46,495 bases of DNA from Minisyncoccia bacterium. GTDB taxonomy: Bacteria; Patescibacteriota; Minisyncoccia; Phycocordibacterales; Phycocordibacteraceae. Shown one piece after another: positions 42,053 to 46,495 of the stretch; position 1 is the stretch's first letter; every line of letters starts with the position of its first letter. Below the pieces are notes generated by a model. The model had not been told where the DNA came from and did not search any database. It saw only the letters and a list, made by a program, of their open reading frames with translations. The position numbers were made by a program, and so were the translations under genes. The DNA is taken from positions 1 to 46,495 of the forward strand of contig JBAQWN010000002.1 in assembly GCA_049298935.1 (NCBI GenBank), in the 5' to 3' direction.

Positions 42053-42655
42053 ATGAGTCATATTGATGAACTCGCACGCGCACTCGCTCGCCTTCCAGGT
42101 ATTGGGCCGCGACAAGGCAAGCGTTTCGTTTATTATCTACTCTCGGCGCCAGCAGAGGAACGCGCAAGACTTGCCGAGCTTATCACGTCGCTAGGCGCGC
42201 AAGTCCGCCAGTGTCCAGAATGTTTGCATTTTTATACGGGCGGAACGACAATCATTTGTAATTATTGTTCTGATATAAAGCGTGATGATGCGCAACTTAT
42301 GCTTGTTGAAAAAGATCAGGACCTTGCCGCTGTCGAACGCGCGGGCACCTATAAGGGTCGTTACTTCGTTCTCGGTGGCGTGCTCACTCTCTCAGGCAAA
42401 GGTGCGGTTCGTGAGAAAGAATTGTTAAGGGTAGTCGAGAAGAGATTGAAGAGTGGCTTAAAAGAAGTTGTCCTCGCACTCTCGGCGACCAGCGAGGGCG
42501 AACACACAGCTGACCATGTGCGCCAGCTTCTCGTGCCGTATCGCGATCATCTCAAGATATCGACACTTGGTCGCGGCCTTGCGACCGGCAGTGAGCTTGA
42601 ATATTCTGACGCTGAAACTCTTCGCGCCGCGCTCACGAATCGCAAAGAGACATAA
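42053..42655 (+). CDS. recR: Recombination protein RecR
   Basis: ATG 42053 gives the canonical LARLPGIGPRQGKRF HhH motif. C4 zinc finger CPEC..CNYC. Toprim region. Confidence 0.9.
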   Translation: MSHIDELARALARLPGIGPRQGKRFVYYLLSAPAEERARLAELITSLGAQVRQCPECLHFYTGGTTIICNYCSDIKRDDAQLMLVEKDQDLAAVERAGTYKGRYFVLGGVLTLSGKGAVREKELLRVVEKRLKSGLKEVVLALSATSEGEHTADHVRQLLVPYRDHLKISTLGRGLATGSELEYSDAETLRAALTNRKET

Positions 42656-42686
42656 ATAAAAAGCGCCCTCAACGGGCGCTTTTTAA
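42656..42686. terminator. Bidirectional intrinsic terminator between recR and the convergent helicase gene
   Basis: AAAAAGCGCCC-TCAAC-GGGCGCTTTTT, with the stem flanked by A-run and T-run. Confidence 0.85.
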
Positions 42687-42703
42687 ATTGTAAAACCTGG
42701 TGA

Positions 42704-44104
42704 TTAGCGTCCTTGAACGAACGTAAGGGCGATTCCCTTGTTTGCGGCACGACCGGTACGGCCGATGCGGTGAACGTAATCTTCATAGGTCGACGGCAAG
42801 TCAAAGTTAATGACGTGTGAGACTGCGGGGATATCGAGGCCACGAGCGGCGACGTCGGTCGCTACGAGCACACTCACCTTCCCTGCCTTAAAGGCGTCGA
42901 GGGCGCGCTGACGTGCACCCTGGGTCTTATTGCCATGAATGCTCTCGGCGTGGATATGGAGCTGTGAGAGTGACTTTGCGAGCTTTTCGACACCAAACTT
43001 GGTGCGACCGAAAACGAGTACGCGACTGAAGTCACGATCTTTAAGAAGCTCGGCAAGCACTTCGAATTTGTCCTTACCGCGTGGGATACGAACAACGTCT
43101 TGTGCGACGTTCTTTGAAGTGTCTTGTGTCTTTACTGAGATCACAACTGGGCTCTCGAGGAAGTCGCCAATGAGACGCTCAACCTCTCTCCCCATCGTTG
43201 CTGAGAAGAAAAGTGTGTGACGCTCTTTACGCATTTTCGAGAGGATAAGGCGCATGTCTTCGATGAATCCCATGTCGAGCATACGGTCAGCCTCATCGAG
43301 AACGACCGTGCCAAACTCAGTGAGCACAAGTGCTCTGCGTTCCATCAAGTCCTTCAAGCGTCCTGGTGTGCCGATAACAAAGGCTGGGTTATGGCGAAGT
43401 TGAGACATCTGCGGAGAGATGTTTGCACCGCCGACGGCGACCATCCCACGGAAGCCGAGACCTTTAGCGAAGCTTGCGAGCTCCTTTTCGATTTGTACGG
43501 CGAGCTCGCGCGTTGGTGCCATAATAAGAATGCGTTCACCCTTCTGCTTCATCACTTTGTCGATGAGTGGAATAAGAAATGCCGCTGTCTTACCAGTACC
43601 CGTCTCGGCGAGACCGACGACGTCTTGACCAAGCAAGGCATGAGGAATAGCCTTGTCTTGGATTGGTGTTGGGTTCTCATAGCCACGAGCGAGAATGTTC
43701 GCTTTGAGGTGAGCATTGATATCGAAGTCTGAGAATTTGTGTTCAGGGACGAAGACGGGCTCCTCGGTCGTAACAACCGTTTTGTTTGTAAACTTTGCTA
43801 TTTCTGACTCTGTTTCTCCGAATGAGCCGAATCCGCGACCTCCACCACGTGAAGGTGCTCGTCCGCGACCGCCGCCGAAGCTACTGCCGCCACTGCGACC
43901 GCTATAGCTACTACCTCCCCCACTACGACTGCCTGAAGGGCGATACGGACCGCTCGATGAACCTCCGCGTGCTGGTGGACGTGCTGAATATGAGCCTTGC
44001 CTACCGGCAGGCAGGCGTTCGCCGCCCTGCGGGCTTCTCGATGGTCCCGAAGGTCCTTTCGATTGCCCGTCTCCTGATTGATGATTCCATCTTCCTATTT
44101 GCAT
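42704..44104 (-). CDS. DEAD-box ATP-dependent RNA helicase with an N-terminal Arg/Gly/Ser-rich low-complexity region
   Basis: Q motif (FSDF..PTPIQ), AETGTGKT, DEAD, SAT, HRIGRTGRA. The first ~95 aa are RGG/GS-rich. Confidence 0.9.
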   Translation of the reverse strand: MQIGRWNHQSGDGQSKGPSGPSRSPQGGERLPAGRQGSYSARPPARGGSSSGPYRPSGSRSGGGSSYSGRSGGSSFGGGRGRAPSRGGGRGFGSFGETESEIAKFTNKTVVTTEEPVFVPEHKFSDFDINAHLKANILARGYENPTPIQDKAIPHALLGQDVVGLAETGTGKTAAFLIPLIDKVMKQKGERILIMAPTRELAVQIEKELASFAKGLGFRGMVAVGGANISPQMSQLRHNPAFVIGTPGRLKDLMERRALVLTEFGTVVLDEADRMLDMGFIEDMRLILSKMRKERHTLFFSATMGREVERLIGDFLESPVVISVKTQDTSKNVAQDVVRIPRGKDKFEVLAELLKDRDFSRVLVFGRTKFGVEKLAKSLSQLHIHAESIHGNKTQGARQRALDAFKAGKVSVLVATDVAARGLDIPAVSHVINFDLPSTYEDYVHRIGRTGRAANKGIALTFVQGR

Positions 44105-44208
44105 AACGAATATAACTAGTTAAATAATTTGAAATAAAAAAGCACAAGCACCCTTTCGAGTACTTTTGAGGTATCGTATTCTCGTGTGTAAGAAATGTGA
44201 GGATTCGA

Positions 44209-44526
44209 TTATGAAATCGAATCGATCTTGACCTTGATGACCGGTTGGCGGTGGCCGTTGCGCTTATAGTAGCGACTCTTCGGCTTGTATTTCACCACCT
44301 CGACCTTCGGAGATTTCCCGACGAGAACAACAGTGCCCTTGACCTCTGCACCCTTAATGATAGGTGCACCGATGGTCGTGTCCGAGCCGTTGTCTACGAG
44401 GAGCACCTCGCTGAAGACAACTGAGTCACCTTTTTTCAAATCACCCGGGAGCTTCTCTATCGCAATAACGTCGTCTTTAGAGACGACATACTGCTTCCCG
44501 CCAGTCTTGATTACGGCCACTTCCAT
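44209..44526 (-). CDS. rplU: 50S ribosomal protein L21
   Basis: MEVAVIKTGGKQYVVSKDDVIAIEKL... and ..KYKPKSRYYKRNGHRQP, the canonical L21 pattern. Confidence 0.9.
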   Translation of the reverse strand: MEVAVIKTGGKQYVVSKDDVIAIEKLPGDLKKGDSVVFSEVLLVDNGSDTTIGAPIIKGAEVKGTVVLVGKSPKVEVVKYKPKSRYYKRNGHRQPVIKVKIDSIS

Positions 44527-44535
44527 AGTCCCCTT

Positions 44536-44544
44536 AATCTAGCA
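44536..44544 (-). promoter_or_regulatory. Extended -10-like box TGCTAGATT (minus strand), 9 nt upstream of rplU ATG 44526
   Basis: The plus-strand AATCTAGCA at 44536-44544. A GGGG run 3 nt before the ATG is too close to act as an SD. Confidence 0.35.
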
Positions 44545-44568
44545 CGCTTGCTTATAAAACACAAGCTC

Positions 44569-44787
44569 TTACTTTCTGTTCAATCCAGCTACTCCGATAC
44601 TAAAAAGTGTTAGAGACATGATAAGGACAAAAAAACCTATAAGCAATTTCCCCTGCCCGTTATTGGTGAACGGATCAATCGAATACTCGGGAACGGTTAA
44701 GATAGTTAAAACGGAATAAATAAAAAGAAACATTACAATAATGCCTGAAATCAAAAACAACCAAGCAATTATTTTAGGCATTTGCAT
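44569..44787 (-). CDS. Small two-TM membrane protein (hypothetical)
   Basis: Start uncertain: ATG at 44808, 44787 or 44781. 44787 avoids overlap with the rmuC stop at 44795-44797. Two hydrophobic helices (IIAWLFLISGIIVMFLFIYSVL and LLIGFFVLIMSLTLFSIGVAG). Confidence 0.45.
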   Translation of the reverse strand: MQMPKIIAWLFLISGIIVMFLFIYSVLTILTVPEYSIDPFTNNGQGKLLIGFFVLIMSLTLFSIGVAGLNRK

Positions 44788-44794
44788 ATTCGGT

Positions 44795-45856
44795 TCAGTG
44801 TACCACATACTCGTCAGACTCTAGTGGCTTATCGAGGAGTTCGGGTGCGATACCTATTTTTGATTCACTGATGCGGTAGACGTCTTTGTCTATCTTGCCA
44901 AGCTCTTTATAGCCCGCATTGTAGTGGCTAATCGAGGTCCCGAGCGAGACGCCGAGTTTTTTATAAAATGATTCGTAGGCGGCGACGTGCTTACCCAGCT
45001 CCCCTACTCTTTGCTGGATCTCGACGGCCTTTTCCTCTATTTTGAGCGCCTTGAGGCCTTGCATAACGGTCTGGAGGTAGGCGAGAAATGATGTCGGAGA
45101 GACGATGATGACTTTATGCTTCCCTGCCGCTCTCTGGATAAGGTTTTCATCTTCGCCGCCACCGACTTGATTGGTCAGTAGGTCATAATAGATGCCTTCA
45201 GAGGGAATAAACATAAAAGCGAAGTCCATTGTATTTTCTTCGGGGCGGATATATTTCGCCGTCTCCGTGATGCGCATCTTGAGATCATTTACGAATGCTT
45301 TTTCGAATGCTGGGCGCTCAGCATCGCTCGCATGTACGAGGCGGTTGTAATTGTCGAGTGAAAACTTTGAATCGATAGGGACGATCTTATCGCTGACGAA
45401 CACTGCCGCGTCGACTATCTCGCCGTTTTTAAATGGATACTGCATCTGATACATGCCTGGTGGGAGCACGTTCTTTAAAACCGTTTCCAAATAATATTCA
45501 CCAAGAATACCGCGCTGTTTCGGATTTTTGAGAATGTCTTGCAGGTTTTGTAGTTGTTCGGCAAAGCCTTGGGTCTGACGACCGATCTCTTTCACCGAGG
45601 TAACCTCCTGAGTAATCTCTTTAATAAGTCGTGCACTTTCTGAGAACTGCCGATGAGAATTCTCTTGCATCGTGCGAGACGACTCGGCGACGCGCGCATC
45701 GAGCGTCTTCTCGAGATTTTGCAACTGCTGCTGCAACATGACCATTCCACCCGAATCTTCAGTAGGTTTTTCTTGCCGCTTAAATATAAAATACAGGCCG
45801 ACACCTTGCAAAAAGATGAGAGCAAGTATGATAAGGGCGACAGTGAAGATACTCAT
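44795..45856 (-). CDS. rmuC: DNA recombination protein RmuC
   Basis: N-terminal TM, a long coiled coil, and a C-terminal nuclease-like region with DFAFMFIPSEGIYY and VIIVSPTSFLAYL blocks typical of RmuC. Confidence 0.8.
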   Translation of the reverse strand: MSIFTVALIILALIFLQGVGLYFIFKRQEKPTEDSGGMVMLQQQLQNLEKTLDARVAESSRTMQENSHRQFSESARLIKEITQEVTSVKEIGRQTQGFAEQLQNLQDILKNPKQRGILGEYYLETVLKNVLPPGMYQMQYPFKNGEIVDAAVFVSDKIVPIDSKFSLDNYNRLVHASDAERPAFEKAFVNDLKMRITETAKYIRPEENTMDFAFMFIPSEGIYYDLLTNQVGGGEDENLIQRAAGKHKVIIVSPTSFLAYLQTVMQGLKALKIEEKAVEIQQRVGELGKHVAAYESFYKKLGVSLGTSISHYNAGYKELGKIDKDVYRISESKIGIAPELLDKPLESDEYVVH

Positions 45857-45862
45857 TCGTAT

Positions 45863-45870
45863 AGTATACT
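45863..45870. promoter_or_regulatory. Back-to-back -10-like TATACT boxes in the 20-nt rmuC/yqeY divergent spacer
   Basis: AGTATACT. Plus-strand TATACT at 45865-45870 is 6 nt from ATG 45877. Minus-strand TATACT (plus coordinates 45863-45868) is 6 nt from ATG 45856. Confidence 0.45.
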
Positions 45871-45876
45871 TCCCCC

Positions 45877-46332
45877 ATGACTATCCACGAAACATTAAAG
45901 AAATCGATTCCTGATGCAATGCGCGCTCATGATGAAGTGAAGCTCCGAACGCTTCGTTCGCTTATTACGATGATGACCAATGAAGTCGTCGCGAAGAAGT
46001 GTAAACCAAACGAATTTCTCGCCGACGAAGACGCTATCGCAGTGGTGAAGCGCGCCGCTAATCAGCGTAAAGATTCTATCGAACAGTTTGAGAAGGCTTC
46101 GCGCCACGATCTCGTCGGACCAGAAAAGGAAGAGCTTGCTCTTATCGAGTCTTACCTCCCTGTCGTGATGAGTCGTAGCGAGATTGAGGTGATAGTAAAA
46201 GCTAAAATGGCAGAGCTCGGTGTCTCGAATAAGTCTGACGCGGGCAAACTCACAGGATCTCTTATGAAGGAGCTTAAAGGCAAAGCTGATGGTGGAGATG
46301 TTAAGGCAGTTGTGGATAGTCTGCTTTCTTAG
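45877..46332 (+). CDS. yqeY: GatB/YqeY domain-containing protein
   Basis: 151 aa. AMRAHDEVKLRTLRSL.., ..ELALIESYLP.., ..GKADGGDVKAVV match the YqeY pattern. Confidence 0.8.
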   Translation: MTIHETLKKSIPDAMRAHDEVKLRTLRSLITMMTNEVVAKKCKPNEFLADEDAIAVVKRAANQRKDSIEQFEKASRHDLVGPEKEELALIESYLPVVMSRSEIEVIVKAKMAELGVSNKSDAGKLTGSLMKELKGKADGGDVKAVVDSLLS

Positions 46333-46383
46333 CAGAAATGGTGTTTAATAAAGATTAGATCGACAATTGAAAGGCACCTTATT

Positions 46384-46495
46384 ATGGGACAACACGAAAG
46401 ACCAAAAGAAGTGATGCGGGCGATATATGGTAGCAACATAAGCGTTCTTAGTGCTATGGGTCGAGAAGGTGGGAAAAAGGCGGCGCTCGCGAATG
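46384..46495 (+). CDS. Partial CDS (5' end only), function unknown
   Basis: ATG 46384 with AAGG about 10 nt upstream. The frame (MGQHERPKEVMRAIYGSNISVLSAMGREGGKKAALAN) is open to the window end. It is not in the ORF track because it is truncated. Confidence 0.35.
   Translation, partial: MGQHERPKEVMRAIYGSNISVLSAMGREGGKKAALAN

Overview
This 46.5-kb window comes from a compact, almost gap-free bacterial genome. Giant surface proteins, an archaeal-type AspRS, several 4-nt ATGA gene overlaps and very short intergenic regions suggest a streamlined, possibly CPR/Patescibacteria-like organism; that placement is inference only.

The left ~12.7 kb is accessory/envelope DNA. It holds a 5'-truncated giant (>2,200 aa) tail-fibre-like surface protein, a membrane-anchored class-A-beta-lactamase-fold hydrolase, and a 1,086-aa Ig-like repeat protein. 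It also holds a Cys-less TlpA-like thioredoxin-fold protein and a small IS200/RAYT-like HUH-Y1 transposase unit. That unit is tied to four copies of one perfect palindrome, two flanking the gene and two in frame inside it.

Positions 12.7-18.2 kb form a signalling cluster: two membrane sensor proteins without output domains, a stand-alone FprA/ODP-like di-iron MBL protein, a soluble PAS histidine kinase and a REC-only regulator.

The rest is housekeeping: murJ, lepA, an ftsB-like gene, tRNA-Gly(CCC), trpS, aspS, pepA, scpA/scpB, a dac-mraY-ftsW-murG-gltX-M23 block, LOG, rpmA, rplI, ctpA, corA, cysS, dnaB, recR, a DEAD-box helicase, rplU, rmuC and yqeY.

One signal recurs across the window: (TGn)TAnnnT -10-like boxes sit 6-11 nt upstream of the ATG of about 15 genes (mostly first in their block) that lack a Shine-Dalgarno, which suggests leaderless or near-leaderless transcripts.

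I saw no rRNA, CRISPR array or recognisable defence system. All family calls come from motif recognition by eye; no searches or folding programs were run.
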